From Chiloscyllium plagiosum (Eukaryota), in the NCBI RefSeq assembly GCF_004010195.1, contig NC_057754.1, positions 3,846,925 through 3,910,924 on the forward strand: a stretch of DNA of 64,000 nt, written 5' to 3'. Position numbers and translations under genes: made by a program. The notes under the pieces were generated by a model that was not told the origin of the DNA, searched no databases, and was given only the letters and a program-made list of their open reading frames with translations. Positions 13,791 to 24,138 of the stretch are shown in pieces; the first letter of the stretch is position 1, and every line of letters begins with the position of its first letter.

Positions 13791-15182
13791 ACGGGCTAAT
13801 TAGCCCTGTTGCTTTGAATTCCGTGGCTTCTTGCCCCTTTCCTCTGGGGAAACGTTTTATTTCGGAAAGAGCCGTTACTGGTTCTTTCAATCCATGAACT
13901 TGTTAACATTCTGAAGTTTACATTGTCAAAGCCCCCAGTGGTCGGTCTCACTGCAACCCAAGCCCTGTGCCATTCCTGGCATTGTGACAAAAATGGAAGC
14001 TTGTGGAAAAAGTTATCAAAATCCCCCAATATACCTGATTGTTTCAGGCCTACAGGGAGTGCAGACCAGGGTCCTGTACTGAACAGTGAATATTATGGAT
14101 TACACATAATTATTCAAGCTACAGACCATTATGAGCCATCAATGTATCAGCAGGTAAAACTGCCCCTCCACTGACAGACACAAAGGTGTTATGGATAAAG
14201 GAAACCCTACTAAGGTAGTCCCTGTCTGCAAGGTTCACTGAGATGACCTACTGCTCCATACTTCATTTGCTTGTAGGAGGCGCAGAGTGACTGGTTCACA
14301 ACCTATGAAGTCTCTGACCTGTTGGGTAAGAGCTACAGCTCACAACAGTAAGAAACTGGCTTTCTTAAGGTCTCCCGGTTTTCCAGAGAGAAGAGCAGCT
14401 CTGGAGGTGTGATGGCTTCTGATCCTAACGTTCACCCCTCACAAGCTCCTTGGCTCGCAAGGAGCCAATCACTCAGCTGGGCACCATGCCCCAGACCAAT
14501 CAGCTGGTTCTTTCAGCCAATCATACACCCCTCTGTGACTCCATCTCATCTGTGACTGAACCTCACCCCACTGCTCGAAGAGGCAGCTGTGTAAACACCA
14601 CCGACAAAGAGTGTTGGATTGCTTGCGCCTTTTATAAAGTGGCAACACTCCTTTCCACACGAGCCTTGGTTCCTCAGCCATGTTTCAGTCTGCAACCAGA
14701 AAAATATTTTTAAGGGGAGAGATTTGAAAACGGCCTGAAGGCATTTTCTTTCTAACACAGAGGGTGGTTGGCACGTGCTGTGAACTTCCTGAGGATGTGG
14801 TGGTTTCGGATCTCATCCTGCAGTGAAATGACATTGGGATAAGTGCGTGAAACGGAAACATTTGGAGGGATATGGGCCATAAGCGAGCAGAGAGGACTAG
14901 ATTAGTTTGGGATTCTGGTTGGTATGCGCTGGTTGGTCTGTTTCCGTGCCTCGGTACGGTTTTCTTTCTGAGGAATGATCTTTCCTTCCTTTTTAACGGA
15001 GTCTCGGTGTTTGAGTGAATCAGACTGCGTGAGGGATTTGAAAAAAGGCAGCTTGATGACTGGGCCCAGGGGTATGGGATGGGTGTTGATGTGGGGGCAG
15101 GTAAGGAAGGGTGGGATAACTTTACCCCACCATCTGCTACTGACTGTGTTCCCTCCACCCCCCCTCCCCCCCCCCCCCCCAG

Positions 15183-15286
15183 GTCTCCGACATCATCGGC
15201 CGGTCCCTGGTGATCGACAGCGGTGAGGATGACTTGGGCAAAGGTTCCCACCCTCTGTCCAAGGTCACGGGCAACTCTGGAGAACG
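15183..15286 (+). CDS. CCS: CCS penultimate exon
   Basis: Poly-C tract + ag|...|gtaggt, 104 nt; VSDIIGRSLVIDSGEDDLGKGSHPLSKVTGNSGE(R). Asp (SLVID) stands where SOD1 has a Cu-ligand His, which is diagnostic of CCS. Confidence 0.95.
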
Positions 15287-15439
15287 GTAGGTGGGCAGCG
15301 TCTGGAAGGGCAACTCCTCTTCTCTCTGCCCGCGGTATCTGGCATTGGGGAGGGCCAAACGTTAAGCTAACACTCAAGGGGTTCAGGGGGTGCAGAGAGA
15401 GCTTTACTCACAATTTGGTTTCAGATTAAAAGGGAAAAG

Positions 15440-15920
15440 GGAGCTTTACTCTGTATCTAACCCTGAGCTGTCCCTGTCCTGGGGAGTGTTTAATGGGGGA
15501 CAGTGTAGAGGGAGCTTTACTCTGTATCTAACCCCGTGCTGTCCCTGTCCTGGGGAGTATTTGGGGGGACAGTGTAGAGGGAGCTTTACTCTGTATCTAA
15601 CCCCGTGCTGTCCCTGTCCTGGGGAGTGTTTGCTGGGGACAGTGTAGAGGGAGCTTTACTCTGTATCTGACCCCGTGCTGTCCCTGTCCCTGGGGAGTGT
15701 TTAATGGGGGACAGTGTAGAGGGAGCTTTACTCTGTATCTAACCCTGTGCTATCTCTGCCCCTGGGGGTGTTTGATGGGGGAAGTAACGAGGGAGATTTA
15801 CTCTGTATCTAATCCATACCGTTCCTGTCCTGAGATGGTTTGATGGGGAATGTGTAGAGTTCAGTTTAAAAGAGTAAAGTGGGCTTTACTCTGTGTGTGA
15901 GGCCCTCGTGCTGTCCCTGC
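15440..15920 (+). repeat. ~68-bp minisatellite
   Basis: Same unit as the array at 4988. Confidence 0.9.
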
Positions 15921-15962
15921 CCTGTTTTTTCCTGTTCCTCACGGACTGTTCTCCCGTTTTAG

Positions 15963-16116
15963 TTTGGCCTGTGGGATTATTGCTCGTTCGGCTGGACTCT
16001 TCCAGAATCCCAAAAGGATCTGCTCATGCGACGGAGTGACCCTGTGGGAGGAGCGGGATCGGCCAATCGCAGGGACGGGTCGCAAGTCCCAGGATCCGCC
16101 CACGGCAAACCTCTGA
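15963..16116 (+). CDS. CCS: CCS last coding exon (domain III, CXC motif)
   Basis: ag|t completes the Arg codon; [50 protein letters not shown]. Confidence 0.96.
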
Positions 16117-16698
16117 ACCAGGTCCACCCTGGTCTCTCCAAACCCCCACACCTCCCTCCCTCACACCCACCACCCCCAAAAACAACATGGTGACCAGCTT
16201 CCAATCAGATGGCAAGCCAGAATCTTCTAGAAAATGTGTTGTCCTCCTCTTGGGGAGGGGGGGTGGGGTCGGGTTCTGAAGCGAATTGTAGCTCTCAGAC
16301 CCTACCGACCCCTGACCCCCAGCCTGGATGTGACCTCCATGCGGGGTCGATGGCACACCTCGCAAGAGGCGGTTGCCGTGGTTACTGAAACGCAACCGTG
16401 GCAACTGCGCCTGAGAAAGCCTGCCTTTGGCAGCGGACACTCGTCAGGGGTGCAAAGTCACGAGGCGCTACAGAAATGTAATTCTCACTTTCTAATTTGA
16501 AACGGCCAATGAGGTTGAGAGTGTCAGGCTTTGTTGGGAGATTTTGATTTCCGACTGACCATTCCAGCCCCACCATTTCAAGTGGAGTCAGATTTAATAA
16601 TTAATCTTCGGTGCTGTTTGAAGTGATTAAATTTGGAATCGAGCTGATGCTTCCTGTAAAATACCTTTTCTCAGAATGACTCTCAACAGCCACAGTAC

Positions 16699-16704
16699 AA
16701 TAAA
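16699..16704 (+). terminator. Probable CCS polyadenylation signal
   Basis: AATAAA about 580 nt after the stop codon, just before a tandem repeat array. Confidence 0.55.
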
Positions 16705-16789
16705 GTTCAGCAGTGATTTGAAATTAAATCTGTCTCTCCTTCAGTCTGGCTGGATTTACTGGGCCCCTGTATCACCTAGCGCCTGGCTC

Positions 16790-17800
16790 AGGGTCAGTGC
16801 TGAGGGAGCGCCGCACTGTCGGAGGGTCAGCGCTAAGGGAGCACTGCACTGTCGGAGGGTCAGCGCTGAGGGAGCGCCGCACTGTCGGAGGGTCAGTGCT
16901 GAGGGAGCGGGCACTGTCGGAGGGTCAGTGCTGAGGGAGCGCCCGCACTGTCGGAGGGTCAGTGCTGAGGGAGTGCCACCCTGTCAGAGGGTCAGTGCTG
17001 AGGGAGTGCCACCCTGTCAGAGGGTCAGTATTGAGGGAGTGGGCACTGTTGGAGGGTCAGTGCTGAGGGAGTGCCACACCGTTGGAGGGTCAGTATTGAG
17101 GGAGTGGGCACTGTTGGCGGGTCAGTGCTGAGGGAGTGCCACCCCATTGGAGGGTCAGTGCTGAGGGAGTGGGCACTGTCGGAGGGTCAGTGCTGAGGGA
17201 GTGCCACACCGTTGGAGGGTCAGTATTGAGGGAGTGGGCACTGTTGGAGGGTCAGTGCTGAGGGAGTGCCACCCCATTGGAGGGTCAGTGCTGAGGGAGC
17301 GTCGCACTGTCGGAGGGTCAGCGCTGAGGGAGCGCTGCACGGTCGAGGGTCAGTACTGAGGGAGTGCCACACTGTCGGAGGGTCAGTGCTGAGGGAGTGC
17401 CACCCTGTCAGAGGGTCAGTGCTGAGGGAGTGCCACACTGTTGGAGGGTCAGTATTGAGGGAGTGGGCACTGTATGAGGGTCAGTGCTGAGGGAGTGCCA
17501 CCCCATTGGAGGGTCAGTGCTGAGGGAGTGGGCACTGTCGGAGGGTCAGTGCTGAGGGAGTGCCACACCGTTGGAGGGTCAGTATTGAGGGAGCGGACAC
17601 TGTCGGAGGGTCAGTGCTGAGGGAGTGCCACCCCATTGGAGGGTCAGTGCTGAGGGAGTGGGCACTGTCGGAGGGTCAGTGCTGAGGGAGTGCCACACCG
17701 TTGGAGGGTCAGGGCTGAGGGAGCGGGCACTGTCGGAGGGTCAGTGCTGAGGGAGTGCCACACCGTTGGAGGGTCAGTGCTGAGGGAGCGGGCACTGTCC
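16790..17800 (+). repeat. ~30-bp minisatellite
   Basis: More than 30 tandem copies of gggtcagtgctgagggagt...actgtcgga; a minus-strand array lies at about 38875-39130. Confidence 0.92.
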
Positions 17801-18398
17801 AAAGTGCTATCTTTCAGGATGTGACATCCAACCAACACTCCGTCTGCCTTGTATCGTGTGGGTGGAAGCTCCGTCAGCTCCGAACTGCAAGTCTTGTTGC
17901 TCATGGTGAGGAATCCTCCCAGGATGTGAGTACCTGAGACTACTTCCTGAGTAAATCCTGTTCCTGTTTGTGGCGTCACGTTCCCTGCATTCAGAAACGT
18001 GACCCGATTCCAAAAGTTGTTGGCGATCTGTCATTGGCCGTGGTGCCAGGTAAATGCAAGCGAAAATCTTCTGGGAGAGATGTTGATGGATAACACTGCG
18101 GTCGTTTTCTCTCATCGCCTAAATTCGTGCCCCCCCCCCTCCCATATCAGGGGCTGCCCGAGCCAGCAGATGTCAGGCTTGAACTGCAAGGGGTAAGCTT
18201 AATAAAGCCTTCGGAATAATTGGCACCAAGCATTCCCACTTCTCCGTAATGATATGTCAGCCCCGCTCCCCATCAATCCCAGCTCAGTTTGTGAATTGAC
18301 TCTGCGCTGATGTTAACCCCTGCCAACAGTAGGCTGGTGTTTGCCAGTTCCTCCATCTCTTCTCAAGGGCAGATTTAACCCCTCCCCTTCTCCTCGAC

Positions 18399-18453
18399 TT
18401 GCTCAATCGTTGCACAACCTGACCTCGGGCTGGAGGGAAGGGAACGCTATAAA
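18399..18453 (+). promoter_or_regulatory. Proximal promoter of the avidin-like gene: two C/EBP-like sites, a TGACCT half-site and a TATA box
   Basis: TTGCTCAAT (18399), GTTGCACAAC (18409), TGACCT (18420), TATAAA (18448-18453); Kozak ATG (gcaccATGg) at 18503. Confidence 0.6.
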
Positions 18454-18502
18454 TGCAGATGGGCTGCAGTTCCGGGTCTGAGTGAGTGTCTCAGGCAGCA
18501 CC

Positions 18503-18574
18503 ATGGACATTAAGCTGCTCCAACTGGCTCTCGCAATCTCCTTGTTTGTCTCCAGCTCTTCCTGTGTGGAATTG
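18503..18574 (+). CDS. Avidin-like gene exon 1 (signal peptide)
   Basis: MDIKLLQLALAISLFVSSSSCVEL, a hydrophobic signal peptide; phase-0 donor gtaaat. Confidence 0.85.
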
Positions 18575-18739
18575 GTAAATCGACAGGGTTCAGCCGAAAG
18601 GGCTCCTGCAGGAGACACAGACCCGGGTTGGCCAGGGGGTTTTTGTGGTGGTCAGGCTGGTGTATGTCGCTTAGATTTCGACCCTGGCTTTCAAACAGGG
18701 TGGCCAGGCAAGGTGTAGGGAGAGGAGAGATGTCAGATA

Positions 18740-19088
18740 GTGTCCCTGTTCCTGATCACTGTCCAGTGATCTCCAGGGTTAGAGAGAGAGGGGGAATCAG
18801 ACAGGGTCCCTGCTCCTGATCATTGTCCAGTGATCCCCAGGGTTAGAGGGAGAGGGGGATTCAGACAGGGTTCCTGCTCCTGATCACTGTCCAGTGATCT
18901 CCAGGGTTAGAGAGAGAAGGGGAATCGGACAGGGTCCCTGTTCCTGATCACTGTCCAGTGATCCCCAGGGTTAGAGGGAGAGGGGGATTCAGACAGAGTC
19001 ATTGTTCCTGATCACTATCCAGTGATCCCCAGGGTTAGAGGGAGAGGGGGATTCAGACAGGGTTCCTGCTCCTGATCACTGTCCAGTG
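18740..19088 (+). repeat. ~62-bp tandem repeat in intron 1 of the avidin-like gene
   Basis: (cctgatcactgtccagtgatccccagggttagaggggagagggggattcagacagggttcctgct), about 5.5 copies. Confidence 0.9.
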
Positions 19089-19130
19089 GAAATCAGTCGA
19101 TGATGTTTAAATCTCTCACTTTCCTATCAG

Positions 19131-19326
19131 GTAACTTCCCTGTCTGGCTGCTGGGTGAACGAACTCCACTCTACAATGCAGATCGGGGTGTCCGACTCTG
19201 GGTTAATAACTGGTTCGTACGTCTCCAATGTGTCAGGATCTACACAGCCTGCAAAAGGGAATGTCACTGGGTATCAGCAAAGTCTCAGCAATCCCACCTT
19301 CGGGTTTGTGGTGAAATGGATCACAG
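19131..19326 (+). CDS. Avidin-like gene exon 2
   Basis: ttcctatcag|...|gtaacc, 196 nt; VTSLSGCWVNELHSTMQIGVSDSGLITGSYVSNVSGSTQPAKGNVTGYQQSLSNPTFGFVVKWIT aligns to avidin SLTGKWTNDLGSNMTI...TGTYITAV...PTFGFTVNW. Confidence 0.92.
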
Positions 19327-20651
19327 GTAACCCTGAATATTTATTTAACCAATCGATTGTCCTGAAGCAACAGTCGGTCTTTCGTTTATACAAATTTTAC
19401 TCTTCACCTCTCAACAGGTCCAAAGGCGCAGGAGCAGGCCCGTTAGCTGTTCAATCCTATTACCCCATTCAATAGGATGATGGCTGATCATTCCTCACTC
19501 AGTCTCCTGTTGCTGCTTTCTCTCTTTGTACCTTTTGATCCATTTAGCCCCAAGAACTCAATCGAACTCCATCACGAGAACATTCGCTGTTTCAGCCCCA
19601 ACCCCTTTCTGTGACAGAGAATCCCACAGGCTCTCTTCCCCCACCCTCCCCCCCCCCCCCCCACCACTCTCTGGGGGAAGACATTTCTCCCCATCTCAGT
19701 CCGAAATGGCCCCACCCCATAATCCGTAGACAGTGACCCAGCAAGTGACTATCCCCCCTGGTCCAGGAACTCCCCACATATGTTCGAGACACCACCCACG
19801 CCCTCCACCTCCTGCAAGACTTCCGTTTCCCCGGCCCCCAAACGCCTCATCTTCACCATGGATATCCAATCCCTCTACACCTCCATCCGCCAAGACCAGG
19901 GCTTCCAAGCCCTCCGTTTCTTCCTCTCCCAACGTCCCCAACACTCTCATTCGTTTGGCCGAACTGGTCCTCACCCTTAACAATTTCTCCTTCGAATCGT
20001 CCCACTTCCCCCAGACCAAAGGGGTAGCCATGGGCACACGTATGGGCCCCAGCTATGCCTGTCTCTTTGTTGGCTACGTAGAACAGTTGATCTTCCGTAA
20101 TTACACCGGCACCACTCCCCACCTCTTCCTCCGCTACATTGATGACTGCATTGGCGCCACCTCGTGCTCCCGCGAGGAGGTTGAGCAATGCATCAACTTC
20201 ACCAACACATTCCACCCCGACCTTAAATTTACCTGGACCATCTCCGACACCTGGCTCCCCTTCCTGGACCTCTCCATCTCCATCAGTGACGACCGACTTG
20301 ACACTGACATCTTCTACAAACCCACCGACTCCCACAGCTACCTGGATTACACCTCTTCCCACCCTACCTCTTGCAAAAATGCCATCCCATATTCCCAATT
20401 CCTCCGCCTCCGCCGTATCTGCACCCAGGAGGAGCGGTTCCACCATAGAACACACCAGATGGCCTCCTTCTTCAGAGACCGCAATTTCCCTTCCCACGTG
20501 GTTAAAGATGCCCTCCAACGCATCACGTCCACATCCCGCACCTCCGCCCTCAGACCCAACCCCTCCAACCGCAACAAGGACAGAACACCCCTGGTGCTCA
20601 CCTTCCACCCTACCAACCTTCGCATAAACCAAATCATCCGCCAACATTTCC

Positions 20652-21089
20652 NNNNNNNNNNNNNNNNNNNNNNNNNNNNNNNNNNNNNNNNNNNNNNNNN
20701 NNNNNNNNNNNNNNNNNNNNNNNNNNNNNNNNNNNNNNNNNNNNNNNNNNNNNNNNNNNNNNNNNNNNNNNNNNNNNNNNNNNNNNNNNNNNNNNNNNNN
20801 NNNNNNNNNNNNNNNNNNNNNNNNNNNNNNNNNNNNNNNNNNNNNNNNNNNNNNNNNNNNNNNNNNNNNNNNNNNNNNNNNNNNNNNNNNNNNNNNNNNN
20901 NNNNNNNNNNNNNNNNNNNNNNNNNNNNNNNNNNNNNNNNNNNNNNNNNNNNNNNNNNNNNNNNNNNNNNNNNNNNNNNNNNNNNNNNNNNNNNNNNNNN
21001 NNNNNNNNNNNNNNNNNNNNNNNNNNNNNNNNNNNNNNNNNNNNNNNNNNNNNNNNNNNNNNNNNNNNNNNNNNNNNNNNNNNNNNNNN
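20652..21089. other. Assembly gap
   Basis: N run. Confidence 1.
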
Positions 21090-21113
21090 TCCACGCTTCA
21101 GGCTCACTGCCTT

Positions 21114-21150
21114 TATTCCTGATGAAGGGCTTTTGCCCGAAACGTCGATT
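21114..21150 (+). ncRNA. Minimal hammerhead ribozyme motif (Penelope type)
   Basis: CTGATGA-A-GGGC-TTTT-GCCC-GAAAC-GTC; helix I is weak in this copy. Confidence 0.6.
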
Positions 21151-21397
21151 TTACTGCTCCTCGGATGCTGCCTGACCTGCTGTGCTTTTCCAGCACCACT
21201 CTAATCCAGACTCTGGTTTCCAGCATCTGCAGTCATTGTTTTTACCTAGAAATGCTGTCCAGCCAAGCTAAGGTTATGTGTCTGTTACGACTTTTCAATT
21301 CTGTCGCTGTGGGATTAAACCCCAGGGCTTGGTCGGCATCATCAGAAGCTGTGCTCTTGAAATTTGTATTTCTGCTTTGATTCCTTGTCACTCACAG

Positions 21398-21521
21398 CCC
21401 CAGGCAGTGTCAGCGTCTGGACTGGACAGTACTTCGTGATTAACGAAAAGGAGACCTTGATGACCATGTGGTTACTCAGGCGAAGTGTTTCGACTTCAGA
21501 AGACAACTGGGGGGCAACCTG
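21398..21521 (+). CDS. Avidin-like gene exon 3
   Basis: cacag|...|gtaat; (A)PGSVSVWTGQYFVINEKETLMTMWLLRRSVSTSEDNWGAT(W) versus avidin STTVFTGQCF...EVLKTMWLLRSSVNDIGDDWKATR. An alternative in-frame acceptor starts the exon at 21404. Confidence 0.92.
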
Positions 21522-21611
21522 GTAATGATTTTCACAAATAAACTGTCTCTCTCAGGCCCGGGTCCTGTCAGAACCTAACTGAGTCACAGTCAAGCTGGTT
21601 ACTCTGTCTTC

Positions 21612-21930
21612 AGGGTGGCTCAGTGGTTAGCACTGCTGCCTCACAGCACCAGGGTCCCAGGTTCGATCCTAGCCTCGGGCGACTGTCTGGGTGGAGTTTG
21701 GACATTCTCCCCGTGTCTACGTGGGGTTTCCTCCGGGAGCTCCCACAATCTAAAGATGTGCAGGTTAGGGTGGATAAGCCATGCTAAATTGTCCCATAGT
21801 GCCCAGGGATGTGCAGGTTAGGGTGGATTGGCCGTGCTAAATTGCATTAGTCAGAGGGAAATGGGCCTAGGTGGGTTACTCTTTGGAGGGCCGAAGGGCC
21901 TGTTTCCACACTGTAGATAATCTAATCTGT
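21612..21930 (+). mobile_element. HE1-like V-SINE in intron 3 of the avidin-like gene
   Basis: tRNA-like head, V-domain, aatct tail. Confidence 0.8.
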
Positions 21931-22339
21931 AGCCTAGGGGAGAGATGGTGGGAGAGATCACAAAAGCCTAGAGTCTGGGACAGTATTGCATTTCTAGACA
22001 TCCCAACTCCTCCCCACCCTCTTTCATCAAAAAGAAGCACAATCATTTTCAAGCTCGCAAAACAATCTATATTGTCCCCAAACCAGCACTCACACAGCAC
22101 TCATGCCAGAGTGCCTGCATCTAACACCTCGTTGGTATAAAGCTCTTGTGATATCAAGGTTTGGGCTGGAAATGCAGATAGCTCCAGGAAGACATGATCA
22201 CATTAACACATACTCAGCCTCGAGCGATCACTTCAGGGTTTGATCCAAACACCTCCGCTCTGGGACTAACACAAACTTTTCATTTTAAGGTAATCTAGTT
22301 CACTACTTAGCTTTCCTTATGCAGGAATTAGTCAGCTGT

Positions 22340-23290
22340 CTAACCCCATGCTGTCCCTGTCCTGGGAGTGTTTGATTGGGGGCCAGTGTACAGAGAGCTT
22401 TACTCCATATCTAACCACGTGATGTACCTGTCCTGTGAATGTTTCATTGGGGGTCAGTGTAGAGAGAGCTTCAGTCTGTATCTAACCCCGTGCTGTCCCT
22501 ATCCTGGGAGTGTTTGATAGAGGGGAAAAGGATGGAGGCAGCTTTACTCTGTATCTAACCTCGTGCTGTCCCTGTCCTGGGGAGTTTTTGATGAGGGGGG
22601 ACAGTGTAGAGGGAGCTTTACTCTGTATCTAACCCCGTGCTGTCCCTGTCCTGGGGAGTGTTTGATGGGGGACAGTGTAGAGGAAGTTTTGCTCTGTATC
22701 TAACCCCATGCTGTCCTTATCCTGATGAGCGGGGGACAGTGTAGAGAGAGTTTTACTCTATATCAAACCCCGTGTCCTGGGGAGTGATTGATACAGAGGG
22801 GACAGTGTAGAGAGAGCTTTACTCTGTATCTAACCCCGTGCTGTCCCTGTCCTGGGGAGTGTTTGACGGGGGACAGTGTCGAGGGGGATTTAATCTGTAT
22901 CTAACCCCGTGCTGTCCCTGTCCTGGGAGTGTTTGATGGGGATACAGTGTAGAGAGAGCTTTACTCTGTATCTAACCCCGTGCTGTCCCTGTCCCTGGGG
23001 AGTGTTTGATGGGGGTACGGTGTAGAGAGAGCTTTACTCTGTATCTAACCCCGTGCTGTCTCTATCCTGGGAGCGTTTGATGTGGGGATAGTGTAGAGGG
23101 AGCTTTACTCTGTATCTAACCCTGTGCTGTCTCTATCCTGGGAGCGTTTGATGTGGGGATAGTGTAGAGGGAGCTTTACTCTGTATCTAACCCCGTGCTG
23201 TCTCTATCCTGGGAGTGTTTGATGTGGGGACAGTGTAGAGGGAGCTTTACTCTGTATCTAACCCTGTGCTGGGGAGTGTTTGATGGGAAC
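22340..23290 (+). repeat. ~68-bp minisatellite in intron 3 of the avidin-like gene
   Basis: Same unit as the array at 4988. Confidence 0.9.
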
Positions 23291-23312
23291 AGTGTCTCTC
23301 TGGTTATTCCAG

Positions 23313-23439
23313 GACTGGGATGGATGTGTTCCATCGTAACGACAAGGCTTGTAAACATGACGACGGTGGGACTGTCTCTCCGGATGCTGGATCTGGCACA
23401 GGCCCCAAAGAATTCGAATCCTTAGTGCGGATTCCCTGA
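23313..23439 (+). CDS. Avidin-like gene exon 4 with extended C-terminus
   Basis: ttccag|g completes the Trp codon in phase 2; TGMDVFHR (avidin VGINIFTR), then NDKACKHDDGGTVSPDAGSGTGPKEFESLVRIP*; ATTAAA at 23487-23492. Confidence 0.82.
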
Positions 23440-24138
23440 ACCCGGGAAGGTCTCTCAGCCTGTGTCATCCTCCAAAACAGAATTTCATTAAAGAACCGAG
23501 TGGTTAAATACTTGTGGGCTGCATGTTCCTGCGTTCTCTCGAGTATTTCACTAACGTGGGTGATCAGTGACATGAAAACGTACAGGGTAACAGGGTCCCC
23601 TTTGGGAACGGGAGAGTACAATAGGAATGGGAGAGATGAGGTGGATGGATTACTTCAATACACAGTGAGAGAGAAATAAGGCTGGGCTTTACACCAAACG
23701 CCACAGACAATCCCAAACCGGGCACAGGAACAGAAGACAGGCATAACAACAACAACCACCTGCATTTGTATAGCACCGTTCCTGCACCACCACCACCACC
23801 ATCATGAGATGGTTAGAAAACAAGAAACCAAGCAGTCAGGTCCAAAGGGGTAGGTTTCCAGGGCACATCATCTCCCACAGAGGTGAGCGGGGGGGGTGTG
23901 GGAAGGGAGGGCACAGAGAGGTTCCGGGGGGAGACCACGCTAGGGCCTGTTCACCCCGAACCGATCACGTTTTGCAAATGTGCAGGAGGCCAGAAATAGG
24001 CATACTGCAAATGGTTGTAGGGACCAAAGGACAGCGCTGGAGGGGGTGACAGAGACAGGGAGGGGGTGTAGGGGCCGGAGGGGAATCTGATGGTGGTGAG
24101 GGGTGAGTGAGGGGTAACGGTAGGCAGTGAGGGCGATA

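Larger units (their letters stand above)
19740..21250 (+). mobile_element. Penelope-like retroelement (RT fragment, gap, pLTR) in intron 2 of the avidin-like gene
   Basis: FTMDIQSLYTSI, frameshift, then QTKGVAMGTRMGPSYACLF...LRYIDD...LPFLDL...YKPTDSHSYLDY; terminal repeat with hammerhead core at 21119. Confidence 0.88.

Noticed and set aside
4674-16116. SOD1 or SOD3 assignment
   Set aside because: Asp replaces the Cu-ligand His and the C-terminal CXC domain III is present, so this is CCS.
16790-17800. Regularly spaced ~30-bp repeats resembling a CRISPR array
   Set aside because: Head-to-tail tandem units without unique spacers, no cas genes, and eukaryotic context.
18482-18718. 78-aa ORF as a standalone secreted peptide
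   Set aside because: Only the first 24 codons from ATG 18503 are exon 1 of the avidin-like gene; the rest is intron read-through.
19733-21175. 480-aa ORF as an intact gene
   Set aside because: Frameshifted Penelope RT fragment artificially extended through N's; other ORFs spanning gaps are likewise artefacts.
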